From positions 86,180,001-86,244,000 of the forward strand of contig OX597817.1 in NCBI GenBank assembly GCA_951406725.2: a DNA stretch of 64,000 bases, given 5' to 3'. The DNA is from Octopus vulgaris. Lineage: Eukaryota. This document shows, in pieces, positions 1 to 24,550 of this stretch. The position numbers and the translations under genes are program-made. The stretch's first letter is position 1. The number at the start of each line of letters is the position of its first letter. The notes beneath the pieces were generated by a model that saw only the letters and a program-made list of their open reading frames with translations, searched no databases and had not been told where the DNA came from.

Positions 1-110
1 AGATATTAATGTAAAAACACCTTATTGTGTTCGCAAGAAAAACTAATCAAATTAGGTTACATGCACTGAAATAAACATCCATATTCAGTAATACTGCGAT
101 CCATATTCAT

Positions 111-1300
111 TATCATCATTTAACATCCATTTTCCATGCTGGTATGGGTTGGATGGTGTGACTGAAAACTGGTAAGCCGGGGAGCTGCACCAGGTTTCAA
201 TCTGATTTGACAAGGTTTCTATGGCTGGATACCCTTCTTAATGCCAACCACTCTGAGAGTGTAGTGATTGTTTTTTTATGTGCCACCAGCACAGGTGCTA
301 TTGACCTGACACCAGCATCAGCCATGACTACGGTCTCACTTGTCTTGATAGGTCTACACAAGCACAGTATATCGCCAAAGGTCTTGGTCACCTATGCCCA
401 ACTTTCCTCTCAGGCTACTTATACTCTGTCATGCATGCACACTGACATTACACATCCAGCAAAGTGTACTAGTTTCATTTCTTACAAGCCTGCGCATGTC
501 CTCAGCAGTCACAGCCCATGTTTTACTGCCATGTAACATGGCTGTTCACATACAGGATCATACAGTCTGCCTTTCACTATGAATGAGAGGGTCCTTTGTT
601 ACCAGCAGAGATGGTAGCTCTCTGAACTTTTCCCTACCTATTCTTATTCTAGCAGCTACTGACTTGATCACCTAAATAACAGAAGCTATCAACCACTTCT
701 AGTTTTCTCTCCTGGCATGTGATGGAATCTATTTTCTGTACATTTTTAGTGTTAATTGTACCTGTGCACCTTCCACACACAAAAACTATTTTCCCTGTTA
801 ACCTTCCTCTGATATTGCTGCACCTCTTATGTATCCATAGCTTACACTGGGTACATCTTATAGAGTTTCTACCTGAAGGGATTTGTTATTTGTCTGCTTT
901 CCTACTTAAGACTTTGTTTTCTGCTAGGTTAACTTTAAGGCCTTTCAATTCTAGACCTTGCTTCCACACCTGAAACTTCTTCACTAGTTCTGGTAGTGAT
1001 TCAGCTATAAGAACAAGGTCATCAGCATAGAGGAGCTCTCAGAGGCAATCTGTCTTGAATTCCTCTGTTAATGCAAGGAGGACTATGATGAACAATTTGG
1101 GACTGCGGACTGATTCTTGGTGAACCCTTACTTGTACCCTGAATTCTTCAGTATACTCGTTGCCAACCCTCACCTTACAGACAGCATCCCTGTACATGGC
1201 TTGCACAGCTCTCACCAACCACTCATCTATTCTTAGTTTCCACATTGACTGCCAGATATGGGATCAGGGGACCCTGTCAAAGGCTTTCTCTATGTCAACT
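111..1300 (-). mobile_element. Degenerate, internally deleted RTE-clade LINE
   Basis: The reverse strand encodes RT fragments (ELLYADDLVLIA, VWKQGLELKGL, LHGSKTW) homologous to 45445-46341. The (GAT)n-type 3' tail is at about 111-125. Confidence 0.85.
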
Positions 1301-1635
1301 GTTGGACAATAATATGGATCATATGTTTCTTGGAAAAGTGATGGTGCAACTACTGTACATCTCCACCCTTCATCAGTAGAGTCAATAATGCTGCTAATTA
1401 TTTGAATATTAAACAGTTATTGTACATTAGTGTGTGCAATTAGAGAGAATTTTAAGATTTATTTCTCTGTCATCTACTGAAACTACTGGAAACTTCATTT
1501 TACTCTGTTACTGTCACCCAGTGTGTAAAATTATAAATGAAAGGATACAGTGCTCAGAATTAATGAGACATACTGTTATGTATTATGCCAAGAGATAAAA
1601 TACCATAACTCAATAACAAATAAAGTACTAATTTC

Positions 1636-1886
1636 TTAAACTCTTACCAATAATGTCTCATAAATTTTCCCTTCCTGCTGAAATGCATTGTTTTTGTTTC
1701 ACTTTTCAATTAATTTTGGAAATCATGAAGAATTTAGTAAAACTACTATCTTTATTAAGCTGGTGTATGAAACATAAATTAACATAAACTTTTGATAAAC
1801 GATTTTAATTTAGATCACTTTAAAGTAGGAAATTTGTATCACAGAAACAAAGGTGATTTCAGGCAGGTTGGTATCAAAAGGGTTAA
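1636..1886. mobile_element. piggyBac-like MITE (family B)
   Basis: TTAA at both ends and an ...AAAAGGG|TTAA terminus; an inverted homologue lies at 40355-40575. Confidence 0.6.
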
Positions 1887-2190
1887 ATTTTGTAATAATG
1901 CATGAATTGTATTCTTTCTTCTTAAAGAGATTAATACATTTTAAGCATATGTATTGAAGACTTTAATTATTTGTTTTGAATACCTCTAACCACTATTTTA
2001 TTAAAACTAAACCAGGAAAATCCATTTGAAAAGCTCTGAATACTTAAATTGTATTGGGCCTTTTTTAAAATCATACTTTTCTTATTTTTGATAGCATTTT
2101 TATAATACAAATGAATTAATTAAAAATTAAATACACTAATAAACATTTAAAACAAATTAAGAAATAAAGCAATAATTCTTTCTTTTATTA

Positions 2191-2366
2191 TTAACCCTAT
2201 AATATTCAGATAACTCAGTCAAATATGTTTGTTTAGTCACATTGCTTTGAATTAATCATACATTATTTCATAGCTTTAAAATTTCAATGATGCAATTATT
2301 TTAGAATGAAATTATAGGAAAGATGTGAGAGGCCAGATATGGTCAGTTTAAATGCTAAAAGGTTAA
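2191..2366. mobile_element. piggyBac-like MITE (family A)
   Basis: TTAA-CCCT...AAGG-TTAA; homologous to 21504-21732. Confidence 0.65.
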
Positions 2367-2733
2367 ATCTTTCAATTGTTTCAAAATAGTCTAGGTGTTT
2401 GATTTCTACAAGTTTGATCTACAAATATGTTTACTTGTATTAATATTCGAATATAGTATGGAGTTCATATTTTCATTACATACATGCCTAAAACATTTTC
2501 TTATTGAAAATGTTCAGGTTTTGTTATAAAAAAGATTTATCTTGTAGATATATGATGGTATATAACAAATACTGTGAGATATAAAAGACATGGTGTTGGA
2601 TTCTTGGATACTGAGTTATGGTCTACTGATTGTAGAAGTAAACTTGTTTGTTAATATTGTATGTTAAGGTAAATAGAAATGATTTATATTCAAGTAAATG
2701 GTTTATTTATTCAATTTCTCTTTTCTATAACAG

Positions 2734-15049
<12,316 letters not shown>

Positions 15050-17037
15050 ATTTTAAAAACAAAGCAGAAAATTGACTGAAAAAATGGAAAAAATGTGCCA
15101 GCTTATAAAGCTGCAATATTTATAAATCATATTTTCATGTCAGCTCTTAAACAGCAATATGATTTACAATTCATAAATGTACAAATCTGTCAGATGGCTA
15201 AACTTCAAAATTGCCCAGATAAAGATCACAATGATAACATCAATGATGTTATAAAAGAAATTATTTAAATTATTTAATTAATACCATTTCTAATGATCTC
15301 TACACAGAGTGTACTTATAAATGGTACATTTTTTAAAAATTGCTTTATCAGTTTCAGCAAAAAAGAAGTTTCTTGACAGATGGCAGGTTTACTAATATTT
15401 GCTGCTTCATTGTAAACTTATCAAATTGTTCCTGACTTTTCAAACAGTTTTATCAGCCAAATTTATTGCACTACTTGATTCAAGCTTATTGCTGTCATGT
15501 AAGACTCTTCTTTTAGCCCACCATAATAATGATTATCATTCACTGAAATGACTTCCAGCAGTAATATTTTTACTGCATTTTATCAACCAATATCAATTTC
15601 AACTTCTACAGAAAAGAAATAACAAAGATACATACATAATGTACAGTACACTTGAACATACATTAATCTTTATTGAAACAGTTCTAGCTTTGTGTCTGTT
15701 GTTATTTTTGGTTTTATGAAGTTTGGGTGTTCAAGTTTCAAGAATCTTCAACAGGGAATCAACCTGACAGACGAAAATGATTGGCAATATGCAGTGTTCA
15801 AGAATCCCATCCATCTCTACTGATACAGCATAAGTGAGGTTCTCAAAGCAGTTTTGTGCACTTTATGTATACACACAACTGGGATTTCACCCAATGTCCC
15901 TGTCAAGTTTACAATTACTGCTTCTTCCTATTGGCATCCATCCTTCATTCTTACCATTGACCACTTCTAGCCTTGTTTATATCTATCTTTCATTTCCCTC
16001 CTTCCATCATTCTCCTAACCACTGTATTCTACAGCTGTAATTATTGCTATATACCACACCATGTCGTCATTTCTGTACTGCCTGTCGTCACTCCCTCTCC
16101 TCTGAGTGACTCCCAATCAACATCCATTCCTTATTCTTATCCCCTACTCATATTTACCACCCTACCCCTGTTCACTATATTCATCCCTCTTCAGAACAAG
16201 TTTGTGCTTGAAGACAGCCTAAAGAAGCCTTCAACCCTGTTTAGCCCCAACTGTAAAACATGGAAGTAGCTGAACAGTTAAGGAAATTTGGGGCTATTTG
16301 AGTAAAGCTTACTTCAGCTCTTTTAGCAAGGTTGGCAAAGGGAAGTGGTCTCTCACTTGCTGTTTCAAAATGCACTGAAAACGTTCAATTATATTGAGAT
16401 CCAGTGACTGTAGGGGCTAGTTCATGTACTCTACTTCCCTTTTGTGCTATTAGTACCAATTTTGAAATAATATTAGCTGTGTGAATCAGTATTTTATCGT
16501 CCTGGAAGATTGTACTACCAACAGGGATCAATGTTTGAACCATAGGATGGACATGATTAGCCAAAATATTAAGATAATCCTTGGCATTAATTCTGCCATG
16601 TAGAACAACTAAAAGGCCAAGAAAATTACTTTATCTGGCTGCCCAAAATACTTCAGGGCTACCTCCATTTTATTTTTTTACAGTTGGAGCCAAACAGGGT
16701 TGAAGGCTTTGGTTAGTTGGTTGGGAGTGATAGAAGACACTTGCCCAAGGTGCTATTGAACCTGAAACCACACTGTTGGGAAGCAATGCCTACACTTGTA
16801 TGTATCAACATATGCAGCTTATTAGTGAAGCAAATGAATGAAAGAGTAATCAAACCATGTTGCAGAGTATATATTTATTTTTGAAAAGCTGACATCCACT
16901 TCATTGCTATTCAGTTTTTTGTTCAGTGTAGTCATTCCGATAACAGTATGTACATATATACAGAAATAGATTTTCAGTATTTTTTTTTTAATCTATCTTA
17001 AAAATCAATGAATTCAGATTTTTTTTTCCTTTGTGCA

Positions 17038-17127
17038 TTAAACTGAATGTATTGATTCGTAGTTGACACTCCGGGAAGGATCGGTTGGGAAGAAATGTTG
17101 GCACTGTGTCATCAACCGTTTTAATGC
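17038..17127 (-). CDS. PRPF18: PRPF18 last coding exon
   Basis: cag|GCA...TAA; [29 protein letters not shown]. Confidence 0.94.
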   Translation of the reverse strand, partial: ALKRLMTQCQHFFPTDPSRSVNYESIHSV

Positions 17128-20100
17128 CTGAAAATTTAAAAAAATCTATTTAGTGATATAAAATTTTTTTTCTGACAAGGAAATAAAGTTTTACTAATAA
17201 GAGTAGAGCATTAGGTATGCATATGAAACAAAATAAAGCTGATTGGAAGACCTCAAACTCATTGCTTTTACTTGCCTGACCACTCCATTAAACATTTTTC
17301 AGTCTGTGCCTTTCTTTATGCACAAGGCTTGAAATATTACATCAACCTCCAGTACTCAACTGGTATTTATTGGATCGACTTCAAAACGATGAAAGGCGAA
17401 GTCAACCTCAGTGGAATTGGAACTCAGAATATAAAGATGGATGAAATACTACTAAGAATTTTATCTGGCATGCTAACGATTGTGCCAGTTTGCTGCCTTA
17501 ATAATTTCTGGAATCAAATGATTCTAGCAAACAAAGTAAGCTGTCTCATCTTTAACATTGGGATATATGCATTTTCAGAGCACATCTCGACATCAGGTGT
17601 CTGTTTAACTTCCACTCCAACACTCTTACCAACATAACAGCCAGTTTTTTGTTTTTCTTTTCAATTTAGAAGATCCTAAATTGTGTAACTGTTACTGATT
17701 TCAGTTTAGATCTTGACCTTGCATAAGGCTTTGACTTTACTCATTCTTCTCAGACCACCCTCACCTTTCTAGATGATGTTAGCTTTTATCTCCTGCTCCC
17801 TTACTGTCCTCTTTTCCTCCTCCCACTGAAACAACATCTTTTACCTGCCTCTTTCTCCCTGATCCTTTCACACTCCCTATCTCATTTCAATGTCTTCCAT
17901 CATTTATTAACTCACAAAATACGTTACCACTTTCCCTTCTCAGACAAAGTTACAAAAGCTCTGAAATGTTAGATTATTCACTCCTACCAACAAATTCATT
18001 TGTAAGAATGTCAACTCAGAGCTTCAGGTTTCCTTTGATTCCAGATTTTAACTCTTGCTCTACTGCCTTCATTATTTCCACTGCTTAACAGAACTAAAGT
18101 AAATCTGAAAAACATTGTTCATGCTACTATTGCTGCTGTGTTAATTTTAGAAAATTTTTTAAAAACATTTTGAGTTTACAATCAAGTTTTAATTCCCAAT
18201 TAAAACTGATATCATTAGGAAAGCATGAAAATCACACTTTCTTCTTAAAAGATAGTTCATTCTGTATGAGGATTACCATACCTAGCATGACTTAATGTTT
18301 ATTAGAACTATCAGTAGTGAAAAGTAGTAACCCAATAAAGAATCCTTTGCCAGTTGTATCAGACAGGGTGCATTAAGGAAAAAAAAAAGCCATGTCTAAA
18401 ATGTTAGGAGCCCACAGACTCAAGACTGACCTAAAGCTAAATGACAAAAACAAAAGGCAATTAAAGGAATAGCTTTAACAATGAAAATTTGCTTTGACAA
18501 AAAGCTAGCACTGTTGAATAATACAGAAACCAGAATACTGGAGCTGATCATCAGGGGTATCAATGAATATAGAAATGGTTGAAAAACATAAGAATCATCA
18601 GAGCTTTAGAATCATCATCGTTTAACGTCCGCTTTCCATGCTAGCATGGGTTGGACAATTTGACTGAAGACTGGTGAACCAGATGGCTGCACCAGGCTCC
18701 AATCTGATCTGGCAAAGTTTCTACAGCTGGATGCCCTTCCTAACGTCAACCACTCTGAGAGTGTAGTGGGTGCTTTTATGTAAATGGTGTTTTTTACATG
18801 GCACCTGCACAGGAGCCAGTCCAGTGGCAACGACCTCGCTCGAATGTTTTTTCACATGCCAATAGTTAAAGCCATATATATGGAAAGAGCTAGTTGTCAT
18901 CAAATCTTTAATGCAATGTCTAAATGTGGATGAAGGTGTGTCATCAGGGCTTTAGTGGAATGTAGAAACAGTCTGAACTGTTAGAATTATATATCTTTAT
19001 AGACAGAGCTAAGTATTATCAGGGTATTTGAATGTAGAAATGGTCTGAACAATTAGAAGTATATATGGATGCCTTTAGGAAATCCATCTCAAAAGGTAAC
19101 GACATGAGTTACTGAAACATTGCAATAAGAAAAGAAACAGGAGAAAAAAAAAGACCAAAGGCTGTAGTTATGCATAGTCTGTAAATAGGTGACTTGTTAA
19201 TGAAGTACCAGAAGAAATTGTAAAGTTGATGCATTACCAAAAGTAAGTTTGACCCTGAGAGAGAATTTAAACTGAATCTAACAATACACAAATTGCATAA
19301 ACTATTTGAGAAAGAAGATGAAAACCAAACATTGTGTAGAATTAAGCATTATGGGAGATGTCAGTCTGGAAGTCTTTACTTTAGCAACAACTGAAATAAG
19401 AAACGAAAGTATTAGAATTCTTCTTGTTTTTCTAGGCTTTCTTACAAGTATATTTAAATTCTATTAATCCCAGCCATGATAAATGTCATTTACACACAAG
19501 GATTTTCATAGAAATCCACTCTAAACTGATACAAAAGGTTTTCGATTAGGATAAGCCAAAGGATTGGAAAGTTAGACATCTTAATGTGTGTATTTAACAC
19601 AAATTCTTCATTGCTTATATTGTATATAATTCTTTCTAATTTTGGTACATAGTAATTTTGATGGGAAGGAAAGTCAATTGCATTGACGCCAGTGCAGAAC
19701 TGGTACTTATTTTTACCAACCCCAATGGGATGAAAGGTAAAGTTAACCTTAGTGAAGTTTGAACTCATAGCATAAAGAGTTTGAGGAAATACCACTAATC
19801 ATTTTGTTTGATGTGGTTACAATTCTCTCAGGTTGCCACCTAATATTGTATATAATTAAATCACTTCAACCACCATCTGTCTATATCTCAAGAACAGCTC
19901 TCCTTTTAACAAATTGCAAAGACCTCAAAAATCTAAAATATCTACTGCAATATGTTAAGTTTCCATGAAGCCCAGCCAAACTGAAATAACTGATACAGCT
20001 AACTCTCAGAAAAGTAAATGGAGAACCCAAGCTAGGGCCACTATTATCACAGTAAATGCTAGTTTTGTTTATGTCTGCTTCTATTCTGAAAATAACCTTT

Positions 20101-23100
20101 TCTCTATTAAGAACGTTTTTCTATCCCAAATTCAACAGCTAATGAAATGATAGCTATTAATGAACCCTTGTTTCTTATTTACTGGGCTCCTCCCTTTTTA
20201 TGTAATAATTGCATTAAAAAACACTTTCTAGCCAACAGAAAATTGACAATAACAGCATCTTAGATCCCTAAAGTTGCTGTTGTGTGAAAAGTTTACTGTA
20301 AACTATTTCTGTGCAACAGAAGACTGAGATATGTGGCACATTGCTCTATGCAAGAAGACCAGCCCACCACTGTGGGTACTGGTGTCATGTAAAACACACC
20401 CAGTATACTATGGAGCAGCTGGCATTACTCTAACCCAAGCCAAAACAGACTATGGAACCTGATGCTGTCAAACCTTCCAACCCATCATGGAAAAATGGAT
20501 GTTAAATGTTGATGACTTGAAAAGTTTTGAATATTAGAGAGAGGCTGCCTTCTTTATAAACATATTTATAAGTTTGTTTTAATCCAACTAATCCTCCAAT
20601 TGTTACCAATTCTAAAAAGCAACACACTTAACTGTAATAGTTTAAAACACTTACCTGGATATATTTCCTTTGGGTTTCATCATTGAGTACGTGAGCGACA
20701 TATCGAGAAGAAATTTTCTCTCGACCAGTACGTGCATGAATACCTACCATGGTAACTCCTATAGGCCAAGGGGCATTACCAATAGCCATTTCGAGATAAG
20801 CATCATTAGCCTGCCGTTAGAAGGCAAATACAATTACTATATAGCTAAGTACAGTTATAATAAACACATTCGTGTACATTCAAACATGGAAATGCTTTCA
20901 CGGTGGAAACTGTTTAGGGAGAGAAATCTTAGATAATGTATGTGAAAAACACACCAGTGAACTATGAATGATGTCATTAGGCCATAGGACACCTGCATTT
21001 CTGCATCATTACACTGCATAAGTTACGGACACTGAATCTGTTGCTCATATCCCACTAAGGACTACCATTTTTACATTTAAAAAGTAAATAATAAATTTAC
21101 TGATGTGTAAAAGCTTTGTTAAACTGGAATTAATTACTAAACAACAATGATCAAAAAAGCATTCCTAATATAATTGTACATGTCTATATTTTAACCAATG
21201 ATGCTCAGTGTGTTTCTAGTTAATTATGTTATCATTTTTACTTCCACCTCAAGATTGCTGAAAAAGATGTAAGGAAGTGATTATTCAAAGGATTGGGAAA
21301 AAAATTATTACAGGAAAATAAGAAAATGTTATTGTTTTAATTTAGCGAATGGTTGACACAAGGAATGAGTTTTAATATGGAAACTCTTTAAATCCTTCCA
21401 TTCATGTGTTTCTAGATGTCATGTATGGAAAATTAAAATGTTACTCTTCAATGTTTTCTGTTCAATGAACAGTTAGTCAAAAAACTGAATTGATTTGCCA
21501 GGCTTAACTCTTTAGCATTCAGATTACTCTGTTGAATGTAATGTTTCTTTATTCATATTCTTTTTCAGTTACTGATGCATTATCTTACAGCTTCAAGATT
21601 TTGATGATGTAATTGTTTGTTTAAGAATGACATTGTAGGATTGGCATGAGAGTTTGGATCTGGTCAGTTTAAAGATAAAACAGGTAGAATATATGGGGCC
21701 TGATATGGCCAGTTTAAGTGCTAAAGGGTTAATCCTCAAAACTGGTTTTATGAATCTTTAATTCAGATTGCAAGAACAAAATGCAGAACAGAAAAGGAAC
21801 TATATATTACCTTAAACTACTAAAACATAGCTCTAGCTATCTACATTACTGGTAAAGAAGAATAGTACTATTTAGATTTTAAAGCTATTGCATTAGGAAC
21901 AGGTATGGCTGTGGAGTCAAGAAGTTTGCTTTGCAACCATGTGGATGACTACTGGAATTTTGTGATAAATCTATAATTTCTTATATAGTCATGATTTTTT
22001 TTAAAGGAAAAAATTTACTTGTAACAGCCATGATGTTAGATCTGACCAATTTTGCTTATCTATCTGGCTTTTGTACAGTTAACTTTGAAAACTAATGACA
22101 GGAATATCATTACTCCATATAATAATAATAATAATCCTTTCTATAGGCATAAGGCCTGAAATTTTGGGAGAGGGGTTTGTTGATTACATCGACCCCAGTA
22201 CTCAACTGCTACTTATTTCATCTATCTTAAAAGGATGAAAAGCAAAGTCAACCTCAGTGTAATTGGAACTCAGAATGTGAAGGTGGTTGAAATGCTGCTA
22301 AGAATTTTGTCCGGTATGCTAATGATTATGTCAGTTTACTGCCTTAATAGTAATAATAATGGACATAAACAATTGGACATTGTATTGATGGTCAAATAGT
22401 CAAGGTGACCATAATGTAGTAAATAAAGAAGTTGAAATAATTACCAACTATGCAAAGTTGAAGATGGAATACAAAAGAATGTGGAATACCACTATTAAAG
22501 CTATTCTTGTAGTAGTAGTTGCAATGAGGCCTACCCCCAAAAAACTGCCACAACTCTTTGACCAACTTAGATGAAATATGATATTGGCATTACACGAAAA
22601 AAAAAAAACTGCCTTGTTAGGCACTGCTCATATCCTGCAAAAGATTTTTCTCTTTCTCAAGCCTGAAAGAAAGACCTTAAAAGAAAATCAAACCAGTTTT
22701 TAGAAACTGTGAGAAGTACATTAATAACTGGCAATTTTAAAGACTGTATCAAAACAGCTATCACCACCATCGTTTAACGTCTGCTTTCCATGCTGGCATG
22801 GGTTGGACGGTTTGATTGAGGGCTGGCGAGCTAGAAGGCTGCACAAGACTCCAATCTGATCTGGCAATGTTTCTACAGCTGGATGCCTTTCTTAATGCCA
22901 ACCACTTTGAGAGTGTAATGGGTGCTTTTTACATGCCACCGGCATGAGAGTCAGTCAGACAGTACTGGCATTGGCCACATTTGGATGGTGCTTTTTATGT
23001 ACCATTAGCATGGGAGCCAGTCAGGTGGCACTGGCACCAACCAATTAAACAAGTAACATAAAAACAGCATGCAAGTTGGTCCACAACTAATTATCACTGA

Positions 23101-24506
23101 AGGTTGAAGATGTGGTTCACAATTAGTTTATACTATGAATGGCTTACCTTTATATAATCTCTGTTCATAATATATTTTACAATTTCTACCATACTTTCTA
23201 AAATGTCTTCCTCCACTTTCTGTCAAAAAATGAAAAGAGAGAGTAAATTACAAAAAAATCAAAAACCATTTAAGAAGATACTGTTTCTTAAAAAGATTAT
23301 CTTGCAGAAAAGGCTGAAACAAGTAAAATATAATATGAAAAAAATATCTGCAATTGAGAACTTACTTCTTAAAAATTTAACCAACTGAGTCAAACATGAG
23401 CAGTTTTGAAATAAATCTTTTTCAAAAGGTTTAAACAATTTTAATTCACTTGAATACATTTAAGTTGTTAACTTCCACTTGTACAAGTTTCATTTTCCAT
23501 TTGTTGGATATGTGGTGCTGCAAATTAGGAATTCTAAGCGTTTTCCAGTGTCTCATTTTGCTTGCTGTCAAAATAATCTTCATGACAAAATTTCCAAATA
23601 AATATTAAAGCAAATAGATTAAGACATTATCTTTTGGTTAAGAATAATATATCATTTGGTTTGGAAAATTGAAAATAAATAAAAAATACTAGAAAATTGA
23701 ATTTTTTTTCTCTTTTTCTTACTTTCTGTTTGAGTTTTCGAAATAAAGGTTTTAAGTATGCAACAGTTTGTGTATGAGTAGCACTGCCCATTTTGCCTTT
23801 CATAGTTCGTTTTTGATCTTCAGTGCGACTATTTAATTCCTCACCCCATAGCTTTAGGATATACTGAAATAAAGAAGTAGAATTCATTAGTTGGCTATTG
23901 CAGAGAAAGCTCATTTACTAGTTTATAAAATTCACATGCACACACACAGAGAAAAGCTTTAAAATACTTGTAACTAAGTAAAAAAGATAACTCTGTAGAA
24001 AACTATAATTGCAGAAAAGTACATTCCTTTTTGAGAAATTACTCTGGCCAGATGTTCTTTCTAATGCCAACCCATATCTGTTTTTCAAGGCATATTTTTT
24101 TTCTTCTACAGGTCTTCAAAGGCTCAGAGTGATTGATTGTAATGTCAACAAAGAATGAAAACATCATCTCACTGGCTGTGATTAGTGAAGTTGCGGGATA
24201 TCAATATTCACACACACATATCATCATCATTTAGCATCTGCTTTCCTTGTTGGCATGGGTTAGGACATTAGACTGAAACTGGTAAGTTGGAGAGCTGCAC
24301 CAGGTACCAATCTGATTTGGTATGATTTCTATGGCTGGATGCCCTTCCTAATGCCACACACACAGACATATTCTTTTACTTGTTTCAGTCATTTGACTGC
24401 GGCCATGCTGGAGCACTGCTTTAAAGGGTATTTTAGTCAAAGAAATCAACCCCAGGACTTATTCTTTGCAAACCTAGTACTTATTCTAACAGTCTCTTTT
24501 GCCGAA

Positions 24507-24550
<44 letters not shown>

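Noticed and set aside
1310-1380. Minus-strand CTGATGA...GAAACATATG hammerhead-like spacing
   Set aside because: No clean stem I, stem II is not adjacent to GAAA, and there is no proper NUH triplet.
20706-20720. REKISS instead of the REKIFS that I recall from vertebrate PRPF18
   Set aside because: A single substitution at the edge of the conserved loop, not restorable by A-to-I editing; cannot be judged without an alignment.
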